64,000 bases of DNA, from NCBI GenBank assembly GCA_965204755.1, contig OZ242011.1, positions 3,616,001 through 3,680,000 on the forward strand, given 5' to 3'. The position numbers and the translations under genes were made by a program. The notes under the pieces were generated by a model. That model did no database searches. It was given only the letters and a program-made list of their open reading frames with translations, and was not told the DNA's origin. This DNA is from Candidatus Marinacidobacterium sp. GTDB taxonomy: Bacteria; Acidobacteriota; Vicinamibacteria; Marinacidobacterales; Marinacidobacteraceae. This document shows positions 47,697 to 57,258 of this stretch, one piece after another. Each line of letters begins with the position of its first letter. Position 1 is the stretch's first letter.

Positions 47697-49358
47697 CTAT
47701 GGGGAGTTCAGCGGAACCCGCAGTCCGAACTCCCGGTGGGCGCGGTAGATCTCCGGGCGGCGGTCGGCGCTGAGTTCCAGGGCCCAGACCTCGCGCCCGG
47801 TCGCGTCCACTTCGAGGACGACCTCGTCCCGCAGCCGGCCGCCGAAACCCGTCGTGATCGACCAGTTCCCGTCGGGCAGCACCTGCACCGCCCCGGCGAT
47901 CGGCGAGGAGAACAACCGGCGGTACTCGCGGGAGAACGCGGCGTTGCCCTCCGTGAGTCGGTATTCGACGACCCGCGTGTGGTGGTTTTGGAAGATCTCC
48001 CCGGGCTCGCGCCTTCCGCGCGGGTCGGAGGGGCAGCGCACCCCGTTGTCGAGGAGCGTGATCGTTCCCGGCGGGTGCTCGATCGCCGTGTGCTGCCCGC
48101 AGAAACCGGCGGGCTCCGGGTCGCCGACGATGGGATAGTGGATGCGGCCGTCGGCGATCGCCGGCGCCGCGCCGCCCAGTTGCCAGAGGACCCGGCCGGA
48201 AGGGCGCTCGATCTTGAGCACCTGGCCGCATCCCCGGAACGACGCCACGATGTCCCCGTCCGAGAGGAACAGGGAATTCAGGTGCGCGTAGTCGTCCGGA
48301 AAGAAGTCCGCCACCAGGCAATCCGGGATGGCGAGGTTCGGGCCGCTCCCGTCGGCGCGCTCCCAGGAGTTCCACTCGAAGACGACTTCGCCGTCGGGAG
48401 TGACTTCCTGGATCACGGAGTCGCGGGTGGGTTCCGCAGCGGAGTAGGAGTACTCCCCGTTCTCGTCGGGATAGGGACTCAGGTCCCGCTCCGCCGGGCG
48501 ATAGACGACGAACAGGTAGTTCCCTTCTTCGGTGAGGGTGAAGTCGTGGAAGTCGAGGCCGGCGATGCCGACGGGCTCGACACGACGAATCGGGGACAGG
48601 TTCTCGTCGAGCAGCACGATTTCCACCTCGGCCGGCTCGTCCTCGCCGGCGCCCTCCGGTTGGGGCAGCGTCCGGGCATAGGAGTAGAGGCCGTGCTTTC
48701 CGTGCCAACGGAAGTTGTAGGCGCGCTCGCGCACGCGGCGATGGAATCGGGGGACGCCGTTGTCGTCGAGGATCGCGATGTGGGAGATCCGCTCCCCCGT
48801 CTCCGAGAGGTAGGAGGGATCCACCAGCAACAGCCCGTCGGATCGTCTCGGCGCCCGGCTCACGGTCCGCGCCGCGGAGGGGAAGTCGAGGCTGACGCAG
48901 TGGACGGTGTATTGCGCCGAAGATCTTCCGGCCCGGACTTCGAGGGTCACCGCCCGGCCGGGCCCGGAGGGGACTTCGCGGTCTTCGAGCGGGAGCGGGA
49001 GGGAAACCCCCTCGAGGATCACGGCGGAGACGCCGGGAGGGGCGGCGGCGGAAACGGAGAGGGTTTCCGGGTCGCCGCAGCGGACGGCGTAGTGGCGGAT
49101 CTCCGGGGAGAACTCCGGAGTCATCGGGAGGGTCGTTTCCGGCTCGCTCCCGGCCGCCGACACCCGGAGCGCGGACAGCGTCGGAGGGGCCGAGCCGGTC
49201 GAGCGGGACGAGCAGGAGGCGGCGACCCCGGCGGCCGCGCCGAGAAGGACGGCGGCGGCCGGGAGCCGGAGGGAGCGGACCGAACGGCGCGCCGCGCGGT
49301 TCGCCTCCCTGCGGGCGGCGGCGGGGAAGGGAAGAGGCGCGAGTCGGGGCGGATTCAT
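47697..49358 (-). CDS. Aryl-sulfate sulfotransferase (ASST) family lipoprotein with N-terminal cadherin-like beta-sandwich
   Basis: DFHDF, DYAHLNS, QH...LLDNG, YRA motifs; PEFSPEIRHY; AASC lipobox-like. Confidence 0.82.
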   Translation of the reverse strand: MNPPRLAPLPFPAAARREANRAARRSVRSLRLPAAAVLLGAAAGVAASCSSRSTGSAPPTLSALRVSAAGSEPETTLPMTPEFSPEIRHYAVRCGDPETLSVSAAAPPGVSAVILEGVSLPLPLEDREVPSGPGRAVTLEVRAGRSSAQYTVHCVSLDFPSAARTVSRAPRRSDGLLLVDPSYLSETGERISHIAILDDNGVPRFHRRVRERAYNFRWHGKHGLYSYARTLPQPEGAGEDEPAEVEIVLLDENLSPIRRVEPVGIAGLDFHDFTLTEEGNYLFVVYRPAERDLSPYPDENGEYSYSAAEPTRDSVIQEVTPDGEVVFEWNSWERADGSGPNLAIPDCLVADFFPDDYAHLNSLFLSDGDIVASFRGCGQVLKIERPSGRVLWQLGGAAPAIADGRIHYPIVGDPEPAGFCGQHTAIEHPPGTITLLDNGVRCPSDPRGRREPGEIFQNHHTRVVEYRLTEGNAAFSREYRRLFSSPIAGAVQVLPDGNWSITTGFGGRLRDEVVLEVDATGREVWALELSADRRPEIYRAHREFGLRVPLNSP

Positions 49359-49365
49359 CGGCGGT

Positions 49366-50889
49366 TCAGTCCGGACTCCCGGCGCCGTTCGAGAATTCGG
49401 CGGCGGACCGGGCGCGAAGTTCCGGGTAGGGTCGGTCGGCGAGCGGGGTGGCGAGGACCGACGCCCGGGTGCGGAGCATCATGTGGAGGGCCGGTTCGGG
49501 ACGGAAGAAGGAGCCGGTGCGCTGCGGGTGGTACCCGATGACCACCAGGTCGCCGGGGCGGGTGAGACGGCGCAGTTCCCGCGGGGGGTTCCCTTCGGCG
49601 TGGACCACCGGGAGTCGGACGCGGTAGAGCCCGGCCATCCGCTCGATCGCGCTCTCCGCCGCCCGGAGGTCCTCGCGCTCCCGGTCACCCCCGATCGCTC
49701 CCGGCGGCCTGATCGAGAGCGCCGCCAGGGGGATCTCGAACTGGCTGGCGAGCCCGATCGCCGTCTCGGCGGCGGGAAGCGCGCTCGCCGGGTCGGTGAC
49801 CGGAACCACCACCCGCTCCCACGGGAAACTGCCGCCGGGGAGCAGCACCGGGCAGGGGAAGCGGGCCATCAGCGAGAGGAAGCGCGCCGTGCTCAGCCCG
49901 AGCCGCGCGGTGATGGACGGCTCGCCCCGGCCGATCACCACGCAGCCGGCGTCCTGCCGCGCGAGCGCCACCGGGTCGTCGCCCGGGCCGATTCGCGAAA
50001 GCGTGGACTCGGGGACCCGGAAGTCGGAGGGCGGCGCGACGCCCTCGGCGGCGACGATCCGGAAGTGCCGGGCGCGGGAGGCGCGGAACAGGTACTCCGC
50101 CTCCCGCCACGCGATGTCGGGGAGGGGCCCCTCCGACAGGAGGACGATGTGGCTTCCGAACTGCAGCGGGAAGAGGGACTTCCCCTCCCGCAGGAACTCC
50201 GCGGCGCCCGGGGCGACTTCCGGCTCGCCGGTGATGAGCAGCCGGTCCCCGGCCTGGATCACCGCGTCGCCATGGGGCACATGGAAGCGGTCGGCCCGGT
50301 AGATCCCGGCGACGATCCACTTACGGGCGCCGAGGTCGCGCAGCCGCGCGCCGACCGCCGGGGAGGTGGGGAGCACCTGGATCTCGCGGATCTCGCCGCG
50401 GCCGAGGCCGAGCGAAGTGGAGACCCGATGGGACCTCTCTATCCGGTTCTGGATCTGGCTGGCGATCACCGTCGGCGCCACGATGCTGTCGGCGCCGGTG
50501 GCGCGCAGCCGTTCGCCCCTCGACGAGGCCCGCAGGGTGCCGATCGCGCCCGGCTTGGGCTCCATCCCGGAGGCCACGCGGCAGACCTCGATGTTCACCG
50601 AGTCCCGGTCGGTCGCGGCGACCACCCATTCGGCGTCGTCCGCGCCGGCGTCGCGCAGGGTGAGCGCGCTCGTGCCGTCGCGCTCCAGCGTCTCGAGGAG
50701 CGGGGCCTCCCCGGCCTCTTCGCGCAGGCGGCGGAGTTTCTCCGGATCGGTGTCCACGACCACCACCCGCCGGTCGCGCGAGAGTTCGACCGCCAGGTGG
50801 CGCCCGGTCTGCCCGGCGCCCACGATGACGATCCGGTGGCGTCCGTCGTCCGGCGGCCCGGAGGGCTCCGGAGGCGTTGCGGGAGGCAT
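49366..50889 (-). CDS. TrkA-N/TrkA-C (RCK) protein fused to universal-stress-protein-like domains
   Basis: GAGQTG Rossmann motif, ATDRDSVN, PHGDAVIQAGD, then VVVPV...EGNP...LVVIG. Confidence 0.82.
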   Translation of the reverse strand: MPPATPPEPSGPPDDGRHRIVIVGAGQTGRHLAVELSRDRRVVVVDTDPEKLRRLREEAGEAPLLETLERDGTSALTLRDAGADDAEWVVAATDRDSVNIEVCRVASGMEPKPGAIGTLRASSRGERLRATGADSIVAPTVIASQIQNRIERSHRVSTSLGLGRGEIREIQVLPTSPAVGARLRDLGARKWIVAGIYRADRFHVPHGDAVIQAGDRLLITGEPEVAPGAAEFLREGKSLFPLQFGSHIVLLSEGPLPDIAWREAEYLFRASRARHFRIVAAEGVAPPSDFRVPESTLSRIGPGDDPVALARQDAGCVVIGRGEPSITARLGLSTARFLSLMARFPCPVLLPGGSFPWERVVVPVTDPASALPAAETAIGLASQFEIPLAALSIRPPGAIGGDREREDLRAAESAIERMAGLYRVRLPVVHAEGNPPRELRRLTRPGDLVVIGYHPQRTGSFFRPEPALHMMLRTRASVLATPLADRPYPELRARSAAEFSNGAGSPD

Positions 50890-50993
50890 GGTCGGGCGCC
50901 GGGGCCTACGGCCTCCGGACCGCGAAGGGGGCCGGAGGCCGGGCGGCCGGAACTACGCGCGGAGCGGCCGGCCGGCGGGGCGTACCCGGTGGA

Positions 50994-51812
50994 TCAGGAA
51001 CCCTGCCGCAGGGTGGCGCTGATGGTCGAGACCGCAGTGCCGGCCGGGCTGAACGGCGCCTTGTCGAGTTGGGAGATCGGCTGTTGCGGGTCGCTCGCGG
51101 CGTCCTCGGAGGTGTAGTCGTCGCCGTCGTCCGTTCCCGCGTCCCAGGCGACCGCGGTGAAGGCGATTTCTTCCTTCCACATGCCCTCCTCGTCCAAGGC
51201 GCAGATGCGGAAGCCGACGAACCAGTCCGGGCTGGGAGTGATCGCATTCGCGTAGGTGACGCAGGGGGCGGTGTAGGCGAGCGTGATCTCCCGGGTTACC
51301 GTGAGCAAACCCAGGATCTGCGTGCCGTTCCGGAACCGCACCACCGCTCCCATATCTTCCGCTTCGGCGATGAGCGCCGCGGGGTCGCCGTCATCCGACT
51401 CGGCCAGCATCTTCAGACCGTCGCTCGCCATGCCGTCGGCTTCCCAGATGACGAGGTCTTCCGGATGTTCCGCCATCATGAGACCGTCGGCTGCGGTCAC
51501 GCCTTCCGGATACGGCGCGGCGCCGAGTCCCTGCAGGAAGGCGTTGGAGGAGATGGCGGCGTTGAAGACGATGTCGTAGGTGGCTTCCGCCGGCTGTTCC
51601 GGCGTCGTGGGTTCCGGGGTCGGCGGCGGGGTCGGCGTGGTCGGCGTCGTGGGCGCGGGCGCCGGCGCTGCCGGAATCTGCGGCATGGACGGCGTCGAGT
51701 TGTCGCCGCAGGCGGCGAGGCCGAGACCGATGGCGAGGATGGCGAGCGCCGCCGACGCGGGGAGCCACGCCCGCGGGGCGCGGTGGGAACGGATGGCGGG
51801 AAGAAGCGTCAT
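50994..51812 (-). CDS. Spondin_N-domain lipoprotein
   Basis: LAAC lipobox, Pro/Thr linker, LKMLAE, TPSPDWFVG, WDAGTD. Confidence 0.85.
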   Translation of the reverse strand: MTLLPAIRSHRAPRAWLPASAALAILAIGLGLAACGDNSTPSMPQIPAAPAPAPTTPTTPTPPPTPEPTTPEQPAEATYDIVFNAAISSNAFLQGLGAAPYPEGVTAADGLMMAEHPEDLVIWEADGMASDGLKMLAESDDGDPAALIAEAEDMGAVVRFRNGTQILGLLTVTREITLAYTAPCVTYANAITPSPDWFVGFRICALDEEGMWKEEIAFTAVAWDAGTDDGDDYTSEDAASDPQQPISQLDKAPFSPAGTAVSTISATLRQGS

Positions 51813-51937
51813 TTCGAGTCGAACTCCTGGCGAGGCGGAAGGCCGGCGAAGCGCCCCGGAAGGGGCGATGGTTCCGCCGAGAATATACCGCCGCCGCGCG
51901 CGCGGCCCCGGACGAGGGGCCGCGGCGACGGCGTCGG

Positions 51938-52723
51938 TTATTCCGTCTTCCGGGTGATGGTGTACCGGTGGAACACGGCCGGGGAAGTGTCCAGGCCGTC
52001 CCAGTGGTCGCGCAGGTTCAACTGCTCGATCGGCTCCCGGGGCTCGGTGTCGGAGGTCTTCTCGGCGAAGGGCGGCCCGGTGGCGGTGCCGGCGTCCCAG
52101 GCGATGTTCTCGACGGTGATCAGGTCGAGCCAGTCGCCGTCCTCGTCGGTGGCGCAGGCCGAGGCGAAGCCGATGAACCAGTCCGAACTCGGCGTGAGTT
52201 TCTCCGCCAGACTGAAGCAGGGCTTGTCGGAAGTGACTTCGATCGAGGGGTCCGGGGCCAGGACCGCGCCCAACAAGTCCCTCAGGCTGCGCCAGACGAC
52301 CACCGCTTCGGCGGCTTCCGCTTCGGTGATCACGGCGCCGGCATCCCCGGTTTCGGCAAGCGTCTTCATCGCGTCGGAGGCCCGTTGACCATCCTCGAAG
52401 AGTGACCAGTCGCGGGCGTGGCGGACCAACACCAACTGGTCGGACAGCGATACTCCCATGGGAAGCGGGAGCGGGGAGCCGGGCCCGAGGAGCCGCTCCG
52501 AGGCGATGCCGTAAGTGGCCGTCTCCGGCTCGGCCGGCGTCGGTTCGGGCGTCGGCGGAGTCGGGGTGGTGGGAGTGGGCGTCGTGGGCGCCGGCGCGGG
52601 CGCGGGAGTCGTCGTCGAGGACGAGTCCCCGCAGCCGGCGCCGAGGGCGAGGGCCAGAAGGACGAGGCAGCAGGCGGGCGCGCGCCGCCGCTGGCGCAGA
52701 AAGGTGAAAACGGTTTTCAACAT
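51938..52723 (-). CDS. Second Spondin_N-domain lipoprotein
   Basis: LGAGC lipobox, Pro/Thr linker, MKTLAETG, TPSSDWFIG, WDAGT. Confidence 0.83.
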   Translation of the reverse strand: MLKTVFTFLRQRRRAPACCLVLLALALGAGCGDSSSTTTPAPAPAPTTPTPTTPTPPTPEPTPAEPETATYGIASERLLGPGSPLPLPMGVSLSDQLVLVRHARDWSLFEDGQRASDAMKTLAETGDAGAVITEAEAAEAVVVWRSLRDLLGAVLAPDPSIEVTSDKPCFSLAEKLTPSSDWFIGFASACATDEDGDWLDLITVENIAWDAGTATGPPFAEKTSDTEPREPIEQLNLRDHWDGLDTSPAVFHRYTITRKTE

Positions 52724-52730
52724 CAGGAAA

Positions 52731-52739
52731 AGCGTAGCA
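52731..52739 (-). promoter_or_regulatory. Extended -10 leaderless promoter
   Basis: TGcTACGCT-7 nt-ATG (52723). Confidence 0.55.
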
Positions 52740-52753
52740 CGGCGCGAGCCGAG

Positions 52754-54514
52754 TCAGGGGCCGTCGCCGGGCGCGGCGGCGGCGCGGACGGCTGCGCCGG
52801 CGGCGGTGCGGACCGCGTCCACCCCGACTTCGAACCGCGTCTTTCCGCCCTGCTCCGTTCGGGTGATCCCCGACGGGCGCCCGAAGAAGCCGCCGAGCGC
52901 GTTCTCTTCGCACCGGACGACTTCGTGGCCCCGGCGTCCGAGCGCTCCGGCGACCGCGTCGTAGTCGGGCGTGCGCTCGTCGAGGAAAAGCGGGCCCTCC
53001 TCGACATGGAGGCCGGGTGCGGCAGCCGCATCGCGGACCGGAAGACCGCGGTCGTAGAGCCGCGCGGCCAGCAGCGCGACCGCGGAGATCAGGCGCCGGC
53101 CCCCCGGAGCGCCGAGCGCGGCGGCGGGCCGCCCATCCTCGAAGACCAGCGTCGGCGCGGCGGCGTGGAGCGCGAGTCGGCCCGGGGATGGGGAGATCCG
53201 ATGTCCCGGGCGCGGGTCGAACCACATCATCCCGTTGTTCAGCGGGTACCCGAGGCCGGGGGCGGCGAACGCCGAGCCGAACCGCCCGCCGAGAGTGGCG
53301 GTGAGGGACACGGCGAGGCCCGTCCGGTCCATCGCGTTGATGTGGCTGGTGCAGTCGCCGTCCGCTCCGGAGGATCGGGTCGGGCCGGGGGCGGCCGCCG
53401 GCCAGGGGCAGGGGGCGGGCGGTTCCGAGGCGCGCGGCCCCTCCGGGGAAACTCCGCTCCGGCGGGCGCGGAGGTAGTCCGAAGCGAGGAGGGCGGAGAC
53501 CGGGCCCGGAAGGTCCGCCGGATCGCCCAGGTGGCGAAATCGATCCGAGTAGGCGAGCCGCAGGGACTCCGCCGCGAGGTGCAGGAACCTCGCCTCCGCT
53601 GCCGTTCCGGGTTCGCGGCCGGTCGGCGGAAACGACTCCAGGTGCCCGAGCGCGGTGGCGAGCGTCGGTCCGCCGGAGTTGTCGGGGAGAGTCTCGAAGC
53701 GGCGCCCGCGGAAGGCGAACCCGAGTGGCCCGGTTTCGCGGACCGGCCGCGCCCGGAAGTCGGCGCTGGAGAGGATCCCCCCGGCCGCGCGAACGGTCTC
53801 GCCGATGGTTCGGGCGAGGTCCCCGGTGTGGAAGGGCTCGGGGCCGTCTTCCGCCAGCCGGCGAAGCGAGCGGGCGAGCGCCGGCGCCCGGAGCCGGTCT
53901 CCCGGCCCGGAGGAGACGAACGGGGCCCCGGACTCCCGGGTGTAGAGCGAGAGCGCTTCCGGGCAGCGGGCGAGGCGGCGGTAGCCGGCGGCGGCGTGGA
54001 CGACGAACACCCAGTCGGGGACGAATCCCTCGGCGGCCAGCGCGATCGCCGGTTCGGCGACGCGGGCGAGGGGGAGGGCGCCGTATCGGTCGTGGAGCCG
54101 GGTCAGCACCGCCGGCGCCGTGGGAACGCACGCCGAGAGCGCTCCGGTTTCCGCCCGGTCCCCGCGCGTCGGCGGGAACCCGTAGAGCCCGCCCCCGACG
54201 CCGTCGAGCGGTTCGAAGAGGTCCTCGGCGGCCCGTTCCGGGCATCGCGCGCTGCCTTCGAAAGCGGTCGCGCGCTGCTTCGCCGGGTCGAAGACCACCG
54301 CGTAGGCGGCGCCGCCGAGCCCGCTCATCGCCGGCTCGACCACGCCGCTGACCAGCGCCGCGCCCACCGCCGCGTCCACCGCGTTTCCCCCGTCGGCGAG
54401 CAGGCGGGCGCCGGCGCGCGCGGCCTCCCGGGTCATCGCGGTAACCGCGCCGAGGTCGCCGGAAGCCTCGGAACGGCCCGGCAGCGGGACCTGTTCGACG
54501 ACGACGGCGGCCAC
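52754..54514 (-). CDS. ggt: Gamma-glutamyltransferase family protein
   Basis: GGNAVDAAV, VVEPAMSGLGG, TSHINAMD (Thr nucleophile), LNNGM, GAPGG; start approximate. Confidence 0.88.
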   Translation of the reverse strand: MAAVVVEQVPLPGRSEASGDLGAVTAMTREAARAGARLLADGGNAVDAAVGAALVSGVVEPAMSGLGGAAYAVVFDPAKQRATAFEGSARCPERAAEDLFEPLDGVGGGLYGFPPTRGDRAETGALSACVPTAPAVLTRLHDRYGALPLARVAEPAIALAAEGFVPDWVFVVHAAAGYRRLARCPEALSLYTRESGAPFVSSGPGDRLRAPALARSLRRLAEDGPEPFHTGDLARTIGETVRAAGGILSSADFRARPVRETGPLGFAFRGRRFETLPDNSGGPTLATALGHLESFPPTGREPGTAAEARFLHLAAESLRLAYSDRFRHLGDPADLPGPVSALLASDYLRARRSGVSPEGPRASEPPAPCPWPAAAPGPTRSSGADGDCTSHINAMDRTGLAVSLTATLGGRFGSAFAAPGLGYPLNNGMMWFDPRPGHRISPSPGRLALHAAAPTLVFEDGRPAAALGAPGGRRLISAVALLAARLYDRGLPVRDAAAAPGLHVEEGPLFLDERTPDYDAVAGALGRRGHEVVRCEENALGGFFGRPSGITRTEQGGKTRFEVGVDAVRTAAGAAVRAAAAPGDGP

Positions 54515-54531
54515 GGAGTCCGCTCTCCGGT

Positions 54532-55488
54532 TCAGTCGGCGAGCAGGCCGCGGTCGGCGTTGCCGCCGCAGAGCGGCGTGGCGGCGCTGCTCTCCCGAAA
54601 CCGGGACGGGTGGTCGAGGAGCGCGGCGACCCCGGCGGCCCCGGCGGGTTCGACGACCAGGCCCAGCGTCTCGTGGAGCAGGCGGACGGCGCGGCGGAGC
54701 GTCGCTTCCGAGACCTCCACCACTTCGTCCACCACTTCGCGCATGAGCGCCACGGCCTCGGGCACCGGAACCCGGACGGCGATCCCGTCGGCGCAGGTGG
54801 CGGGCGCCTCCGCCGACGGCGCCGCGTCGCCGGTGCGGAAGGCCCGCCCCATCACCGGCGCCCCGGCCGCGACCACCCCGACCACCCGGGTCTCCGGCTG
54901 CGCATGGCGGACGAAACTCCCGATCCCGCCGATGAGGGCGCCGTTCCCCACGGGAACGAGCACGGTGTCGAAGAGGGCCGAGCGCGCGAGTTCCACGGCG
55001 ATGGAGCCCGCCCCTTCGGTGATCTCCGGTTCCCGGCCGTCCTCGACGAACGCCGCGCCGGTCTCTTCGGCGAAGTCCCGGGCCGCCTCCTTGGCGGCGT
55101 CGAAGTCGTCTCCGACGAGGCGGACGACCGCGCCGAGCGTCTTCATGGCGGCGACCTTGCCGGCGAGCGCCGAGCGGGCGGAGAACACCGTGAGCGGGAT
55201 CCCGGCCCGACGCGCCGCCCACGCGAGTCCCTGGCCGAAATTCCCGGCGGACCCGGTGACCCAGCCGGCCGGTCGCCGCCGCGCTTCCTCCGCCCGGCGC
55301 GCGGCGAACCAGCAGGCGCCGCGCGCCTTGAAACTGCGGATCGGGTTCACGCACTCCACCTTCACCGTGAGACGGGCCCCGGTGGCGGCCGAGAGGGCCT
55401 CGGAGACGAATTGCGGCGTGTCCCGGAATTCGGCGGGGATCGCCGCCCAGGCGGCCTCGATCCCCTCGACGGACACCGCGCCGCGCAT
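54532..55488 (-). CDS. PLP-dependent threonine/serine dehydratase family protein
   Basis: SFKARGA, SAGNFG, VPVGNG, EPAGA, LCGGN. Confidence 0.9.
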   Translation of the reverse strand: MRGAVSVEGIEAAWAAIPAEFRDTPQFVSEALSAATGARLTVKVECVNPIRSFKARGACWFAARRAEEARRRPAGWVTGSAGNFGQGLAWAARRAGIPLTVFSARSALAGKVAAMKTLGAVVRLVGDDFDAAKEAARDFAEETGAAFVEDGREPEITEGAGSIAVELARSALFDTVLVPVGNGALIGGIGSFVRHAQPETRVVGVVAAGAPVMGRAFRTGDAAPSAEAPATCADGIAVRVPVPEAVALMREVVDEVVEVSEATLRRAVRLLHETLGLVVEPAGAAGVAALLDHPSRFRESSAATPLCGGNADRGLLAD

Positions 55489-55644
55489 CGCCGGAAATGC
55501 TACGGCCTTACCTCGGCGCCGGCGGCGCGCCGCCCGCCGGCGCGCCGGTAGAATCGCGCGGAGACCCGTCGGGCCCCGCCCCCTCCCGCCTCGTCCGAGA
55601 GGCGGCGGATTCGGGGCCCGACACGCCTTCGAGAGGAGAGATCG

Positions 55645-56811
55645 ATGGAACGAACCAGCCGCGCCGCCGGCCGGATGAGCCGGCGCGAGTTCGTCAAGGC
55701 CGGGGGTGCGGCCACTGTCGCCCTCGGCGCTTCCACCGGGAGCGCCCCCGCGGTCGCCGGCGCCCCCGCCGGCGCCCCCGCCATCCAGTCGTCCGGCCCG
55801 AAGCCGGTGGTGATCGCCTCGGGCAACGGCAACCGCTACAAGAACGGCGGGGACGAAGTTGTCGTCGAACGGGCGTTCCGGTTGATGACCGAGGGGACGG
55901 ACATCCTCGAGAGCCTCATCGCCGGCGTGGAGATCGTCGAACTCGATCCGGAGGACGCGAGCGTCGGTTACGGCGGTCGCCCGAACGCCGACGGCGTGGT
56001 CCAACTCGACTCGTGCTGCATGCACGGCCCGCTGCGCCGCGCCGGCGGCGTCGCCGGGCTCGAAGGGGTGCGGACCCCTTCGGTCGTCGCCCACCAGGTC
56101 ATGCAGGTCACCGACCACCACCTCCTGGTCGGGAAGGGGGCGCAGGTCTTCGCCCGGAACCTGGGGATGACGATCGAGGACGACCTGAACACGGACCGGT
56201 CGCGCGGGATGTGGCTCGAGTGGAAGCGCCGGATCGACCCGGGGCACTACCTCGATCCGAAGAAGCGCGCCGCCGCCGGCCACGCCGCCGGTCTCTCCTT
56301 GGTGCGGGACGGCCTCCTCGACGAGGAGGAGTACTACGGGACGATCAACTGCGACGGGTTGAACGCGAACGGCGACCTCGCCGGCGTGACCACGACGAGC
56401 GGCCTCGCCTGGAAGATTCCCGGCCGCGTGGGCGACTCGCCCATCCTCGGCGCCGGGCTCTATGTGGACGACGCGGTCGGCGCCGCCGGGTCCACCGGCC
56501 GGGGCGAGGCGAACCTCTACGGGCTGTGCTCGTTCCTGATCGTGGAGGAGATGCGGCGGGGGGCGCACCCGAAGGACGCCGCCATGACCGCGCTGACCCG
56601 GGTGAAGGAGAACACCGTCGAGGAGCGGCTGCTCAACGGCCGCGGGCTCCCGGCCTTCGGCCTCTCGTTCTATGTGGTGAACAAGGCCGGGGAACACGCC
56701 GGCGTCTCGATGTACGCGAGCGCCCGCTCCACCTATGCGGTCTGCGACGAGAACGGGCCGCGGTCGCTCCCGCTCGAACCGCTGCTGGAGGGGAGCGCTT
56801 CGGACGACTGA
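55645..56811 (+). CDS. Tat-exported N4-(beta-N-acetylglucosaminyl)-L-asparaginase / isoaspartyl peptidase
   Basis: SRREFVK, SVGYGG, G/TINC autoprocessing site, TTTSG, GRVGDSP, TGRGE. Confidence 0.92.
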   Translation: MERTSRAAGRMSRREFVKAGGAATVALGASTGSAPAVAGAPAGAPAIQSSGPKPVVIASGNGNRYKNGGDEVVVERAFRLMTEGTDILESLIAGVEIVELDPEDASVGYGGRPNADGVVQLDSCCMHGPLRRAGGVAGLEGVRTPSVVAHQVMQVTDHHLLVGKGAQVFARNLGMTIEDDLNTDRSRGMWLEWKRRIDPGHYLDPKKRAAAGHAAGLSLVRDGLLDEEEYYGTINCDGLNANGDLAGVTTTSGLAWKIPGRVGDSPILGAGLYVDDAVGAAGSTGRGEANLYGLCSFLIVEEMRRGAHPKDAAMTALTRVKENTVEERLLNGRGLPAFGLSFYVVNKAGEHAGVSMYASARSTYAVCDENGPRSLPLEPLLEGSASDD

Positions 56812-56825
56812 GTCCGATCGGAACG

Positions 56826-57182
56826 GTGTTTCGGGCCGCCCGCCTCGCCGCCGCCCCCTTCGCCCTCGCGCTGTCGGCGGCGGGCGGCGCGGAGGCCGGG
56901 GCCCCGGCGATCGGGGATCGGCAGGAGGAGAACGAGAGTCTCCCGCAGCCGCCGACGATCCTCGACCTGGACTACGAAGTCGAAGACCCCGGGGACCTCA
57001 TCCCGGACGACCTGGACTTCCAGTTCCGTTGGCGGCGAATCTGGGGCGCCGTGGGCATGAGGTACCACCTCTATCCGGCCCAGCGGACCGGGCCGATCCG
57101 CGGCATGCCGCTGAACTTCTACGGCGGCGGCATCAACTACAGCATCTGGCGGAGTCCCGTCACCGGCTGGTTCGAGAACTGA
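56826..57182 (+). CDS. Small hypothetical exported protein
   Basis: Signal-like FRAARLAAAPFALALSAAGGAEA followed by an acidic/aromatic mature region. Confidence 0.6.
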   Translation: MFRAARLAAAPFALALSAAGGAEAGAPAIGDRQEENESLPQPPTILDLDYEVEDPGDLIPDDLDFQFRWRRIWGAVGMRYHLYPAQRTGPIRGMPLNFYGGGINYSIWRSPVTGWFEN

Positions 57183-57258
57183 CTCGAGCCTCCGAGCCCG
57201 CTGCGCGCCCCGGGGCCGGGCGCGGGCGCCGGTCCGGCCCGCCGGCCCGCTGAGTCGG

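Noticed and set aside
176-55678. Many long antisense or alternate-frame ORFs (e.g. 176..1975, 2671..5379, 6079..9645, 26828..30028, 52418..55678)
   Set aside because: Shadow ORFs of high-GC coding regions: Arg/Gly/Pro-rich, no motifs, and overlapping well-supported genes.
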